This document shows positions 1 to 10,676 of a DNA stretch of 64,000 nt, piece after piece. Both the position numbers and the translations under genes were made by a program. How positions within the stretch are numbered: position 1 is the first letter of the stretch; every line of letters starts with the position of its first letter. The stretch comes from Deltaproteobacteria bacterium. Its GTDB lineage: Bacteria > Bdellovibrionota_B > Oligoflexia > Oligoflexales > CAIYRB01. The stretch covers positions 18,636 through 82,635 of the forward strand of contig VGTI01000008.1 of NCBI GenBank assembly GCA_016874735.1. Direction: 5' to 3'. The notes beneath the pieces were generated by a model. The model saw only the letters and a list, made by a program, of their open reading frames with translations, was not told the DNA's origin and ran no database searches.

Positions 1-1182
1 GTGCGCTACCGGTGCGACTGCACAGCATTACTGCAAGTAGCTAGACAGGAACCATGGACGGCGCGCGTCAGCAAGGAAGTATGGGCGATGCGCCTCCTTA
101 GCTCACAAACTCTCGATCAGAGTGGTGTGTGGGGATTTCGCGAAGCCGTGGTGAGCCTCCCCGTTAACGACATCGTGACACACCCCGAGGGTCGTACGCG
201 GCTATACACACGGACCGCGCTTGCGGCATTTGCAGGTGTCGAGCGCTTGGCCTTTAAACATGAGGGAGAAAATCCTACCGGATCGTTCAAAGATCGCGGG
301 ATGACAGTAGCCGTATCACAGGCGAAACACCTAGGTGTCCAAGCCGTCGCCTGCGCGTCGACCGGCAACACCAGCGCCTCACTGGCCGCCTACGCAGCGC
401 ATGCTGGCCTCAAAGCCATCGTATTTTTGCCATCAGGCAAAATCTCGACTGGTAAATTGGCCCAAGCAATAGGCTACGGTGCTACCTGCCTTGCTATCGA
501 TGGTGACTTCGATGCAGCCATGAGTTTGGTGCAAGAGTCAGCAGCCAAACTAGGTCTATACCTAGTCAATTCGCTCAACCCCATGCGTCTCGAGGGTCAG
601 AAGACTATTATTTTCGAACTGCTGATGCAGCGTGACTGGCAAGCTCCAGATTGGCTAGTTGTTCCGGCAGGCAATCTCGGGAATACCAGCGCTTTTGGTA
701 AAGCTCTCATCGAAGCTCACGCAGCCGGATGGATCAGTAAATTGCCGCGTATCGTCTCGGTACAAGCTGCGGGAGCAAACCCCTTTTATCTGAGCTACCG
801 CGATCAGTTTCGTCAGCAGCACCAAGTCAAAGCCTTAACGGTGGCAACGGCAATTCAGATCGGCGCACCAGTCAATTACGCCAAGGCCGTGAACGTGATG
901 CGCGCCACAAACGGTATAGTTACCGAGGTTAGTGACGGCGAAATCATGTGTGCCAAGGCTGCGATCGATAGCGCTGGCATTGGGTGTGAACCAGCCAGTG
1001 CTGCTAGCCTGGCAGGAGTTACGAAACTTCGGGAGCAAGGCATCATCAAGCCTCACGATGATGTCGTATGTATCCTCACGGGGAATATGCTCAAGGACCC
1101 CGAGGCAACACTCAAAGCCGCGACAAATGAGGTGCGGACCATTGCACCTACCCTCAGCGCCGTCGCCGCAGCGATCCGCTGA
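1..1182 (+). CDS. thrC: threonine synthase (5' end probably outside the window)
   Basis: PLP-enzyme motifs ENPTGSFKDRGMT and ACASTGNTSAS. Colinear by eye with short bacterial ThrC through to the C-terminal LTGNMLKDP. The ORF is open to base 1, and the N-terminal RYRCDC looks like the tail of a Cys-rich N-terminal extension. Confidence 0.85.
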   Translation: MRYRCDCTALLQVARQEPWTARVSKEVWAMRLLSSQTLDQSGVWGFREAVVSLPVNDIVTHPEGRTRLYTRTALAAFAGVERLAFKHEGENPTGSFKDRGMTVAVSQAKHLGVQAVACASTGNTSASLAAYAAHAGLKAIVFLPSGKISTGKLAQAIGYGATCLAIDGDFDAAMSLVQESAAKLGLYLVNSLNPMRLEGQKTIIFELLMQRDWQAPDWLVVPAGNLGNTSAFGKALIEAHAAGWISKLPRIVSVQAAGANPFYLSYRDQFRQQHQVKALTVATAIQIGAPVNYAKAVNVMRATNGIVTEVSDGEIMCAKAAIDSAGIGCEPASAASLAGVTKLREQGIIKPHDDVVCILTGNMLKDPEATLKAATNEVRTIAPTLSAVAAAIR

Positions 1183-1317
1183 AGGACCGGGCGCAAATTT
1201 GTAAGTGGCGGAAAATTGGGTCTATTTGACCGCTACATGCCAGGTGACCATGGACCTAAATTTAGCTCTGGTTCAACCTAGGCCGATGGTCTAACGTACG
1301 CAAATTTATAACCTAAT

Positions 1318-2610
1318 TTGAAAATTTCGACCATGTCTTGCTGGCTCACCTGTCTCCTTCGGTCTCGTAGGATCCACCTGTGGATCTTGCCTACCCTAAG
1401 TTTTTGTCTGAGTTTCCTCATGACAGGGCTGGCTCATGCTAATCTCGACAAGAAGCTGATGTCCGTAACCATTCACGGACATACAAGAACGCATACCAGT
1501 TACCTTGAAAAACTTGTCCGTGATTGCCTAGACGGTGCCGCCTATCCGCAGCAGCCAGGGTATCTAGATAGCTACCTGACGCAGTGCATGATCAATACAA
1601 AGCTGTTTGAAAAGATCAAAATTGATTTCACCAATAACAGTATCGATGTTGAGGTGCAGGAACGTTGGACTCTGATTCCGATCCCCTATCTGCAAGTGAA
1701 TACCGGTAATTCACGTCAGGTTGGCCTGATCGTGCTCGAGTCAAATTTTGGTGGCGAGGGCAAGATTCTCGCTGGAGGAGCATCACTATCCAACGTCGGC
1801 GCAAGCTTTTTTGGCTACTACCAAGATCCCGCCATCTACTTCGGTAACTGGCGCGGTGATATCCTAGCCGACCATGTGAACCAGCAACTGCGTCTTTACC
1901 AAGGGCGTAAGATTGTCGACAGTTTCATTGAATCAACTAGCGGTGTCCTCGGCGGCTTTGGCTACAGATGGAGTAACCTAGTCACTAACGCCCACCTAGG
2001 TGCGCGGCAACGCGGGTTTGTCCAGGATAGCCAATTTACGCCTCCGACCAATCAAACATTCACTTATCTAAACGCATTGGCGGAATACTCAGACAAGGAT
2101 TTCCACTTCTACGGCAATCACGGCATGTCTTTAAAAGTGAATGCTACCCATCAACTCACACGCAGTGACGGAGTGGAACGCGCCGCTAATGCCGACTACC
2201 TATTTAGCTTTGAGCGCATTGTCATAAAACATGCCCTACAAGTCCAGGTTGCCGGCGGTACAGTGGTTGGCGGTGCTAAAGAGGACGCCTACAGGCTAGG
2301 CGGCAACAAAGGATTCCGCGGCGTCGAACGTTACGGCGTCTGGGCCGATCACTACCAAGTCGTAGCGATGGACTATCAAGTGCCCGTAGAGTCATTTGAC
2401 GATGGCACCGTGACCATCGGTCTATTTAATGATTTTGGCGTACTCCATCAGTCCGGTGCCAATGGGTACGCCACTCATTTTGATTCCTTTGGGGTCGCTA
2501 CTTACTTTTACCTGACGGCCATCGCTCTACCCGGGGTTGGGATAGAGTTTGGGTTGAACAGACAGTTCCAAGGACCTTTCGCCAATCTGACCATCGGGCT
2601 TTCCATCTAA
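1318..2610 (+). CDS. Omp85/BamA-family outer-membrane protein (short, single POTRA-like N-terminus)
   Basis: N-terminal hydrophobic signal ending HANL. POTRA-like segment (VTIHGHTRTHTSYLEKLV...IDVEVQERW). Gly/aromatic-rich alternating beta-strand C-terminal half typical of surface-antigen D15 barrels. Confidence 0.5.
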   Translation: MKISTMSCWLTCLLRSRRIHLWILPTLSFCLSFLMTGLAHANLDKKLMSVTIHGHTRTHTSYLEKLVRDCLDGAAYPQQPGYLDSYLTQCMINTKLFEKIKIDFTNNSIDVEVQERWTLIPIPYLQVNTGNSRQVGLIVLESNFGGEGKILAGGASLSNVGASFFGYYQDPAIYFGNWRGDILADHVNQQLRLYQGRKIVDSFIESTSGVLGGFGYRWSNLVTNAHLGARQRGFVQDSQFTPPTNQTFTYLNALAEYSDKDFHFYGNHGMSLKVNATHQLTRSDGVERAANADYLFSFERIVIKHALQVQVAGGTVVGGAKEDAYRLGGNKGFRGVERYGVWADHYQVVAMDYQVPVESFDDGTVTIGLFNDFGVLHQSGANGYATHFDSFGVATYFYLTAIALPGVGIEFGLNRQFQGPFANLTIGLSI

Positions 2611-2614
2611 CTAC

Positions 2615-4546
2615 CTAGCCGGTAACTTTGGTCGCTCCCTCAGGTGCTGCCGCCCTGTAAGCGTCGAGCCGTGCCTGCAAAACTGGGTCGTCGGCCTCAA
2701 TCTCGAGCTTCAATTGATTGAGGCGCGGCCAAGATTTGTTGAGAAAGCGCTCGGCGTAAGAGGCCCGCGACGGATCATCTTCCGCGTCCCAAACTAAACA
2801 CTGAGCTAAAGTGACCAAAGATTTGATCTCACAAATGCGCTCAGCATGAAGTAGTGCTGGGCCCACGTTCTCCATCTTGATCAAGTCGCGACTGAGCAAC
2901 TTAACCATGCGTAGTAAATCGGTAGGCTTAACCTCTGAGATGGTCTCGCGCACATTGGTCTTCAAAAGGCGCAGCAGTAGAGACATGATCGCTCCACTCT
3001 CGAGTTGTTTAGCCCGATAGAGCTTCTTGCGCAAGGGATCGCCTGGTTTAAAGGCCTGAACCCTAAGACCCAGCGAAGTTTCGATGAATTTTGTCGGATT
3101 ACGGATCACGTCCTTAAGCGTATCCTTGACACACATAAGTGCCTGGATGTGCGATGTACCCTCGTAAATGGCCAAAATTGGCGTCTCGCGTACCCACCAC
3201 TCGGCACGGTACTCACGGGTGTATCCATAGCCACCGTGCAGCGCTAAGCCTTCTTGCGCCATCTTGATCGCCCGCTCAGCGCCGTACCATTTTATCAGCG
3301 GAGTCATCTTACGTACACGCTTGCGCGCGACGCCGGCTTTACGCTCAATCTCATGACGCCGCTCGTCGCTGAGGCTTTTATCCTCGAGCAAACTCTCGCA
3401 TTGATACATCACGGACTGATTGTAGGCAGCCTGGTAACACACGCTGCGTAATGCCTGAATATCAACTTCCATGTCGAGCAGCTTCTCAGCTACCATCTCG
3501 TGGTGGGCGATGGGTACGCCCCAGGCCTTGCGTTGCTCACAGTATTCTTTGGCCAGTCGGTAGATGGATTCCATGTTACCTAACGCCTGAAAGCCCACCA
3601 CGATACGAGCATCGTTCATGAGGTGAAGCATGTGCTGGAAGCCCTTGCCGTTCTCACCCAAAAGGTAGGCCACCGAGCCATCGAAGTTGAGCTCGCAGGT
3701 TGCAGATCCATGGAGCCCTAGCTTGTCCTCAATCTTATTGACCGTGTAGTTGAACTTGACCTTGGGATCCTCCTGTCCGTCGAGGCGGAAAGGCGGCTTG
3801 CGCAAACACATGAACAAATTAAGGTTGTTAAGCCCCTTAGCACCCTTGGCATTCATGGCCAAAACGAGACAGACCTGGCTATTACCGTTGGAGATAAAGC
3901 GCTTAGAACCATAGAGGCGCCAAGTGCCATCGGGCTGTTGCTCCCCGTAGGTACGCACATTACCGAGATCACTACCAGCATCTGGCTCGGTCAAGGCCAT
4001 GCTGCCGGACCATTCGCCCGATACAATGCGATTCATGACGAAGTCTTTGATCTCTTCACTGGCAAACTTTTCTACAATCGCAGAAATACCACCGAACCAA
4101 ACGATATTGAGACCTGTCGAGGGACAGGCGCGCATGATCAACTCGTTGGCACAGGCCTCAACTAAGAATGGCAAATTCATCCCGCCAAACTTGGGTGCAG
4201 CGCTGAGGCTGGAGGCACCAAGCTGCAGCAGTTTCTGCACATTATCGACCACCGTTGGGGGCAGAACGACATCGCCGTCCTTGAGGTAAATGGGTTCCTT
4301 CTCCACCTGGGCTGCCCTGGGAGCAAGCTCCGTGCCGCACAACTCACCGAGCGAATCTAACGAGGTCAAAATAAGATCACGATACTCTTCAGCCGTGCTG
4401 CATCCAGATACCTCGCGCGCCTCTGCCGTCAGCCCCGCAAACAGTTCCTCGAAATTAATACGGCGCGTCAATTGATACTTGATATCGGGAGTGTCGGTGA
4501 AAAAATTGGCTTTCATTTGCATGGCCGGATTTCCCCATTTTTCCAT
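2615..4546 (-). CDS. long-form acyl-CoA dehydrogenase (FadE-like)
   Basis: ACAD signatures GSMALTEPDAGSDLG, FISNG and HGGYGYTREY, plus a C-terminal helical extension. Start uncertain; alternative ATGs at 4522 and 4516. Confidence 0.85.
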   Translation of the reverse strand: MEKWGNPAMQMKANFFTDTPDIKYQLTRRINFEELFAGLTAEAREVSGCSTAEEYRDLILTSLDSLGELCGTELAPRAAQVEKEPIYLKDGDVVLPPTVVDNVQKLLQLGASSLSAAPKFGGMNLPFLVEACANELIMRACPSTGLNIVWFGGISAIVEKFASEEIKDFVMNRIVSGEWSGSMALTEPDAGSDLGNVRTYGEQQPDGTWRLYGSKRFISNGNSQVCLVLAMNAKGAKGLNNLNLFMCLRKPPFRLDGQEDPKVKFNYTVNKIEDKLGLHGSATCELNFDGSVAYLLGENGKGFQHMLHLMNDARIVVGFQALGNMESIYRLAKEYCEQRKAWGVPIAHHEMVAEKLLDMEVDIQALRSVCYQAAYNQSVMYQCESLLEDKSLSDERRHEIERKAGVARKRVRKMTPLIKWYGAERAIKMAQEGLALHGGYGYTREYRAEWWVRETPILAIYEGTSHIQALMCVKDTLKDVIRNPTKFIETSLGLRVQAFKPGDPLRKKLYRAKQLESGAIMSLLLRLLKTNVRETISEVKPTDLLRMVKLLSRDLIKMENVGPALLHAERICEIKSLVTLAQCLVWDAEDDPSRASYAERFLNKSWPRLNQLKLEIEADDPVLQARLDAYRAAAPEGATKVTG

Positions 4547-4601
4547 GTGAAATGGCTAATCGCGTAAAAAAATTAGCCCTTAAGAGAAGCATACGCTCCT
4601 C

Positions 4602-5267
4602 ATGTCAAAATTATTACTTTTTTCTTTGCCGTCAGACCACAGATTGCGGTTTAATTCTTACATGATCATGCTAAACGCAATATGGTTATGGCTAGTAAGT
4701 ACAGCGTCCGGGGTGCCTGTCGAATATCAGGTCAACGCCCGCGAAGGCTGTCGGCAAATAGTCGCTGGAGCCTACGTCCAGGCCTATGACGAGCGCGAGC
4801 GGACACTGGCCTACGTCGCGACTCTAAAAGAGCAACTCAGTGCACTGAAAACGGCTAGCATCAAAGCTAAACAGGAACTCAGCACCATCGAGTCGGCTCT
4901 CGCTAAGCAAAACTACGATATCGATAAAGCCAGTAAACTCGACATGGCCGCTGCTAACGCCCGCGCCGTGTTAGATCAAACAGTGGAGTATCAGAAGATG
5001 CTCAACGAGGCCGAGAAGGCCGTCATTCCGGCACGGCAGCGCGAGCAAGACATCAAGCGTCAGTTCGGGAAGGTTTTTGAGATCGAGATGGTTAAGGATA
5101 ACGGCAAGGGTGGTTATCCTTTTCGCGTTGTCTACCGCACAGCTTGCCCTAAATACCGGGCGCTCTGTCCTTTACCCGCCGATCAGCAGGACGAGCTGCA
5201 GGCGCTCCGTATTGACGGAACACTTCCTGAGCCCTGCCGTAAATACGTAGGTCAGTCGAAGATTTGA
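4602..5267 (+). CDS. hypothetical secreted coiled-coil protein
   Basis: Long ORF with a signal-like MIMLNAIWLWLVSTASG (probable true start ATG 4662), a central heptad-like Ala/Lys/Glu-rich region and 4 Cys. No recognisable family. Confidence 0.4.
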   Translation: MSKLLLFSLPSDHRLRFNSYMIMLNAIWLWLVSTASGVPVEYQVNAREGCRQIVAGAYVQAYDERERTLAYVATLKEQLSALKTASIKAKQELSTIESALAKQNYDIDKASKLDMAAANARAVLDQTVEYQKMLNEAEKAVIPARQREQDIKRQFGKVFEIEMVKDNGKGGYPFRVVYRTACPKYRALCPLPADQQDELQALRIDGTLPEPCRKYVGQSKI

Positions 5268-5285
5268 TTTTCAGAAGTCCAAGGC

Positions 5286-5942
5286 TCAAAAGTCGATGGC
5301 AAAACTCATAGCCACTTCCCGCTCAAAGGGCTCGATCTTAGGGAATGCATAGTGGAACGTGTTGTACTCGGCCATGACGTAAAATTTTGGCGAAAAGCGT
5401 AAACCTAGGCCAGCACCGGCATGAGGCTTATAGGTCGGGCCAAAGATTTTATTAACCGGTTCCTTACCGGTCTCCTCGGTATCGATAATCCTTTGCGTCG
5501 CCGTCACTCCAGCCTTGGCACGCAAAATAAAAATCCAAAACCCGGGATCAATCGCCAATGAGAGACGCGCATTGCGCTGCGTTTCGGTGACCTTTAGGTC
5601 GTTATCAGGGTTATCACCGGACACACTCATGTCCTCGGCAAAATCAATTTCGCCGTATTCGTCTTTGGCATCCTGGACTTTTGACGTGGTCGTTAGTTTG
5701 CTCTGTCCTACACTTGCCTGCAGACTAAACAGGCGCCAAAAAGAAATCGCTCCGCGTAGACCGGCCTCTTGTCGCTGCTTGGACGTTGCTGTTTCTTTGC
5801 TCTTATCAGTGGTCTGCGGCTTAATTGAGGAGGTCGACCGGATACTGACATAGGGCGACAACTGCACTCTGGCCTGCGCCGATGACGCACTGAGAAATGC
5901 GACTGCGCCCAAAAACCAGGGTAAAAAACAAGTGGATTTCAT
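5286..5942 (-). CDS. small outer-membrane beta-barrel protein
   Basis: Signal peptide ...LSASSAQA. Alternating amphipathic strands. C-terminal aromatic residue (SFAIDF) typical of OMP barrels. Confidence 0.5.
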   Translation of the reverse strand: MKSTCFLPWFLGAVAFLSASSAQARVQLSPYVSIRSTSSIKPQTTDKSKETATSKQRQEAGLRGAISFWRLFSLQASVGQSKLTTTSKVQDAKDEYGEIDFAEDMSVSGDNPDNDLKVTETQRNARLSLAIDPGFWIFILRAKAGVTATQRIIDTEETGKEPVNKIFGPTYKPHAGAGLGLRFSPKFYVMAEYNTFHYAFPKIEPFEREVAMSFAIDF

Positions 5943-6095
5943 CGCTGGGTCCTCCCACCCGAACGATCGGCAGATTTGTCCCTCTCCTTAAACCAGAGTG
6001 CTCATCTATGGCATTTAAGTCATTGCTTATCTCAGTTTTTCACGGCGATCTGCCGATAGTATTGTGTGTGATTTGGTTTTGGGAGCAAAGTTAAG

Positions 6096-7499
6096 TTGAT
6101 CACAAAAACCACCAAATACATCAAAGAAATTAGATCCTGGATTGACAGGCTCTACGGCGAGGCGCCTGATGAGCTGCCGGATATCCGCAGCCGCATCTAT
6201 CAACATAGGCGGCAAACTGTCGACAGGATGGAGCCACACGTAAATCGGTTTGCTGTGTTTGGTTGTCCCGTCATCGGTACCCTGTGTTACCTTTTCGCAT
6301 CCCATCCAGCCAATCTGACTTTGGCTTTGACCTTTTTTAGCGCGGTTCCACTCGGTGTCTATATGCAGCGATTTCGTGGCATGGATCAGGTACAAAGTAG
6401 ATTTGTCACCTTCGTGATCGCGCCGCTCTTTATGATCGGTACGGCTATAGCCTTCTACCAAGTTTGGCAGGACTCGGTCGGGACCTGGTACAAAATGATG
6501 GGATCTTCTATCTATCTCCTCACTGGCGGTATCCTCATTCTGTTCAATTTTTCCTACCACGGTGAAGTTATCTTCAATCTCAGTATGCACCTCCTGCTGG
6601 GTGCCGTCGCGTGGCAGGGCGAGGGCTGGGCCCAATGGATGATCGTTCTGCTCATTGCTGACTTAGTGAATGCTGGCAGTAACTGTCTCTTCTTCCATAC
6701 CTTAGCCAAGCAATCTAAATATGAATTTTTCACTCAGAAGATGATGGCTGAGAATGATCGGCTGAAATTCGAAGCTTTCGAGCGCGAGGTCTCACTCGCC
6801 CAGCAAGTCCAGGAATCTTTAGGCTCCAAGATCGATAGTATCCGCTTTCGCGGCATGCAGGTGAATATGTATCAAGAGCGACACCAATCACTTAGTGGTG
6901 ACTGGATGGGTGCCCGCGTCCTGGCCAACGGTGACTTGGTTCTTGCCGTCGCTGATGTCACGGGCAAAGGGATCGCGGCGGCGATGGTAGCTCGCGCGAT
7001 CCATGCGCTCTGGGCGCGCGCCGAGTCTAGCACTCAATTCAAGCCTGAAATATGGCTGGAAGAAGTTAATAGCACCCTCAGATCGATGGTGGTCGATCAT
7101 CCTCAAACCGCTACGATTGGCGTTGCCGTAGTTAGCATTGGTAAGTTGAGTTACTACTCCTGCGGCCACATCCCTCTCTATTACAAATGCGCCAAGCTTA
7201 CCGATGGTCGGTTCCGCGGTGTCATGAAGCCGGGTGGCATCATTGGCATCGATCGCAACATGGTGATTCGGCCGGTCGAAGTGCAATTTACACCCAACGA
7301 TCTCTTATCAGTCATCATTGGCACGGACGGCGTGTTTCACCGAGGTACGCGCACCAGCCCGCGCGACCTTGAAGCATTCATCGCTGATCTCGGCGAAAAC
7401 GGTGTCAGAGCCATCCATAGAATCCCGTCCAATGACGACAAGATGCTCATTTGGGTGAATCGCGATAACAATGAAACTTCACTACCGGTCGCATCCTAA
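6096..7499 (+). CDS. membrane-anchored PP2C/SpoIIE-family serine phosphatase (RsbU-like)
   Basis: About 200 aa of multi-TM N-terminus, then the PP2C block LSGDWMGARV...LAVADVTGKGIAAAM...IGTDGV. TTG start at 6096; the true start may be internal. Confidence 0.8.
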   Translation: MITKTTKYIKEIRSWIDRLYGEAPDELPDIRSRIYQHRRQTVDRMEPHVNRFAVFGCPVIGTLCYLFASHPANLTLALTFFSAVPLGVYMQRFRGMDQVQSRFVTFVIAPLFMIGTAIAFYQVWQDSVGTWYKMMGSSIYLLTGGILILFNFSYHGEVIFNLSMHLLLGAVAWQGEGWAQWMIVLLIADLVNAGSNCLFFHTLAKQSKYEFFTQKMMAENDRLKFEAFEREVSLAQQVQESLGSKIDSIRFRGMQVNMYQERHQSLSGDWMGARVLANGDLVLAVADVTGKGIAAAMVARAIHALWARAESSTQFKPEIWLEEVNSTLRSMVVDHPQTATIGVAVVSIGKLSYYSCGHIPLYYKCAKLTDGRFRGVMKPGGIIGIDRNMVIRPVEVQFTPNDLLSVIIGTDGVFHRGTRTSPRDLEAFIADLGENGVRAIHRIPSNDDKMLIWVNRDNNETSLPVAS

Positions 7500-7500
7500 G

Positions 7501-7535
7501 TAAAAAGCCCACACAGCACCTATGTCTGCGTGGGC
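7501..7535 (-). terminator. rho-independent terminator downstream of the glutamate dehydrogenase gene
   Basis: Read on the minus strand: GCCCACGC ... GTGTGGGC stem with one mismatch, followed by TTTTTA. It sits between convergent genes. Confidence 0.5.
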
Positions 7536-7556
7536 CTCTGGTCCATTAGTTTGAGA

Positions 7557-10500
7557 TCAGTGTTGGCCGGACTTTGCTGCGCCTGACTTTTCCATCTCGA
7601 TAATGGTCAAATCCCTGGTGGCACTCATGCGCAGGATAGCGGCAATCTTATCTCTGTCTGGCAAGTGTGACTCTTCCACACTACTCAGCAATGTGCTGGT
7701 GACATGGTCCTGCATCATGTACGTCCGGGCAGCCTCAAATCTAGCCTCTGGCGGTACACCGTCCAACCAACCTAGCCCCTCGCGGTATACAATGTAGCTT
7801 GCGATATAAGCCGAAAGGATGGCGATTTGATGGGCTGCCGGTAGCCGTTTAAGCAGCCGATCCTTATATCGCTCAACCAGCACCTTGGGAACATGGCGGT
7901 ATATGAGCCCGTGATAAAAATGATCCGCCAGGACTTTATCTTGCTCCTTAGTCAGATTCTCAAGAATGATATCTGTGACGTCGTTAATTTGGCGGGAAAT
8001 CGCCATCGATAGCTCTACCAAAGTCTTACGACCGCCGTTCAGCGCATACTCCTTGAAGAGCAATTTGGCTTCCTGGTCTGCCTTCTGACGCAGAATTTCA
8101 ATCACCTGCTGGACGTAGATGTCTTTGATCGCCAAAAACTCTTCAGTCGATAGCGTCAAGCTAGCGATGATCTCGTAGGACGAGCAAATAACCCCAGTTT
8201 TGTTGGCGCTTGAATCTTTGATGTTCAAGATCCCCTTCTTTTGCAGCTCTTGTCGCGCATCGCTGCTAAAGAAGATGTTAGCGCCTTCGACCACAGCCCG
8301 GCAGGTAGGTTTACCTTCCTTATCGATAAAGTTGGTCCAGTTTTTCTCGTTCACCGTATAGGGACGTCCGCCTGCGGGGATGAAGACGTCGGCCTTGACG
8401 TTGAAGTGAAGATTGTTGCGCGTTCTGATGTTATCAGGAGTGTCGGCCTTGATGACAAAGGCTCCCTTGGCTGCGCTCAGCAGTGACGAACTGAAGTCAG
8501 CTGCTGATTTACCCTGCTTAAAGAGTCTTAGGAGCTCCGACCAGGCGAGTCCTTCCGGATCATGAGCGGCACCGAAACCATCGGCGATCGCAACGACTCT
8601 GGCATTCTCGCCGTATTCACGGTGGAGAATTTTGAGCTCGTTGCCAGCCACGTCACCGTCTGGACCACCAGTCATCTTAACTGTGAAACGCTGCTCACGA
8701 GGATTGATACCAAGGTACTTAAGCATGTTCTCCAGGAACACATTTAGCCCCTCAGAAGTTACACCATACTCTTTGTGGTTGATCCCTGCTCCCGGCTTGG
8801 ATGACATGAAGGCCGCAGCATACCTGTAGCCACGACGGGCCGCCTGCACCGGAATCCATTCGATCAAATCATTCGTGATATTCTCGTCCGGACCGAGGTA
8901 GATGATCTCCTCTTTGTCGTAGTAGCTAATACTGGCCGCTGTAGGCTCATCTGACTCGCCGCGAGCCACTAGCAGATCAAGTAGCGCATTCACTGCACCA
9001 CGTACCGCCTGCTGCCTATGACCACCTGGCTTGAGCACCAGCACCGCTTTTGATCCACCCTCGGGGATGTCTTTATTCTTGAGCTGCTGCGCATGACTGA
9101 GCCCATAAACCTCATCAAACATGCCGGCCAGAGCGAAGTCAAAATCAGAGCCGTTGCGTGGCATGACTACCCGGAGACCACCACGCGAAATATCCTTCCA
9201 CCTCACGTGGAACAAGCGGTAGTCCTTGCCGACGATGAAAAAGATACCAAAGGGCCGCATCGGATAAAACTTGCTACTCAACACCTCGGGTGCGATGCGG
9301 AAGGCTAGACCCGTTTTAGTGGGCAGAAAGTAATTGGTCTTGAGCGTGTGATCCAGGAGATTGATCGCCTCGAGCAAGATGGTCTTTTCAACCTCGTCAA
9401 TGACTTCCTTAGTCATCTCAAGTAGTAGCACCCGCTTGTCAGCATAGCCGCCAGCGTTACGTTCTTGCTCCTTAAGGGGATCAAACTTCAGCCGGAAGAG
9501 CTGGACTAATTCGCGCGTAAAATCACTATATTTAAAGAACGTCGTCCTGACCTTGTACTGCGAGTAGTAGTACGGATTCTCCTTACCAAGCATGACATGC
9601 GCCCAGGTGGCGATACTGCGTATCAGGTTGGTTGCGTTGATAGAAAATCCGTACGGCGCCTTAGTTAACTCGCCGTAATCATCGACATCCACCCAGCCCA
9701 ACGTCCGCAAGGCCTTATTCAGCCTCATCACCGGTACGGCGTTGAAATCTACGGGTTCCTCGTCCATCCTGCCGACGATGATGTGGAACACCGAAATCGG
9801 CTCGTCATAGCCCTGCGTAAACCGCACCATGAACGCCCGCACGACGTTAAATTCGTAGCGATTGATCAAATCGAGAATGGCCTCGAGCACCTGGGATGGA
9901 TTGACATTCTTCATGCCTAGCGTCAGCCGTGCGTTAGGGCTGTTGTCCACAGGCTCGAAGAAGGTGTGAGCACCCTCGTGGTCAATCATGTAGCGGACCA
10001 TACGGTAAAGGATCTGTATCCTTCCTGCCGTCGCGTACATGACAAAGTCGTTATCCAAGTTCTTGAGATAAGCATCGATCCGCGTCAGGTCATCGGGGAA
10101 TTCCTCAACCAGCATGCTACGCGCAATTTTCACCTTCTCCATGATGCGGCGATTTTCGCGATCGAGCGGCTTGTGGTCCTTGCAGTGGAAGGTCGAGAGG
10201 AATAGCAATTTATCGCGCGAAAAATACAGCGATCCCATCTTGAGCGGATTCGGCGCGAGGCGCCGCGCCATATCGATCAAAATCGCGCGGTCCCCACCGG
10301 GACCGATGTAAGTCACTTTGGCCCGATCTCGGTCCCAAAGCTCGACGGTTTGTTTGGTCTCGAAAACATGGCCCGTGATAACGGCCGAAAGATGGCGCAC
10401 CTTTTCCGGTCGCGGCGTAGTCTGATAATAGGCACGTGGCATATTGTTAAAAAACCACGGCGTTAAGATGGCAATACTCTGATCAAGCCCTATCCGGACT

Positions 10501-10661
10501 GTGTCCGCAATGTCCTCGATGTAATTCTCAAGCTCGTCGCCGGTTTTGATCTCCTCCCAGGAGGCGTGCTGACCCTCGCTAGCCGGCTCTTGGGGCTCCA
10601 TCTCTTCATCGACATCGAGGGGAATCACTTTTTTTTGCGCGTTTTTTGGTGCCATCGGCAA
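7557..10661 (-). CDS. large (~1030 aa) NAD-specific glutamate dehydrogenase
   Basis: Catalytic core GGLRVV...HAQQLKNKDIPEGGSKAV and dinucleotide fold KMTGGPDGDVAGN, embedded in long N- and C-terminal extensions as in the large GDH classes. Confidence 0.85.
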   Translation of the reverse strand: MPMAPKNAQKKVIPLDVDEEMEPQEPASEGQHASWEEIKTGDELENYIEDIADTVRIGLDQSIAILTPWFFNNMPRAYYQTTPRPEKVRHLSAVITGHVFETKQTVELWDRDRAKVTYIGPGGDRAILIDMARRLAPNPLKMGSLYFSRDKLLFLSTFHCKDHKPLDRENRRIMEKVKIARSMLVEEFPDDLTRIDAYLKNLDNDFVMYATAGRIQILYRMVRYMIDHEGAHTFFEPVDNSPNARLTLGMKNVNPSQVLEAILDLINRYEFNVVRAFMVRFTQGYDEPISVFHIIVGRMDEEPVDFNAVPVMRLNKALRTLGWVDVDDYGELTKAPYGFSINATNLIRSIATWAHVMLGKENPYYYSQYKVRTTFFKYSDFTRELVQLFRLKFDPLKEQERNAGGYADKRVLLLEMTKEVIDEVEKTILLEAINLLDHTLKTNYFLPTKTGLAFRIAPEVLSSKFYPMRPFGIFFIVGKDYRLFHVRWKDISRGGLRVVMPRNGSDFDFALAGMFDEVYGLSHAQQLKNKDIPEGGSKAVLVLKPGGHRQQAVRGAVNALLDLLVARGESDEPTAASISYYDKEEIIYLGPDENITNDLIEWIPVQAARRGYRYAAAFMSSKPGAGINHKEYGVTSEGLNVFLENMLKYLGINPREQRFTVKMTGGPDGDVAGNELKILHREYGENARVVAIADGFGAAHDPEGLAWSELLRLFKQGKSAADFSSSLLSAAKGAFVIKADTPDNIRTRNNLHFNVKADVFIPAGGRPYTVNEKNWTNFIDKEGKPTCRAVVEGANIFFSSDARQELQKKGILNIKDSSANKTGVICSSYEIIASLTLSTEEFLAIKDIYVQQVIEILRQKADQEAKLLFKEYALNGGRKTLVELSMAISRQINDVTDIILENLTKEQDKVLADHFYHGLIYRHVPKVLVERYKDRLLKRLPAAHQIAILSAYIASYIVYREGLGWLDGVPPEARFEAARTYMMQDHVTSTLLSSVEESHLPDRDKIAAILRMSATRDLTIIEMEKSGAAKSGQH

Positions 10662-10676
10662 TCCTTCAAGTCGTCT

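Noticed and set aside
6027-6635. A 202-aa minus-strand ORF overlapping the 5' part of the PP2C phosphatase gene.
   Set aside because: It overlaps a well-supported multi-TM coding frame, has an odd composition, and has no motif or RBS.
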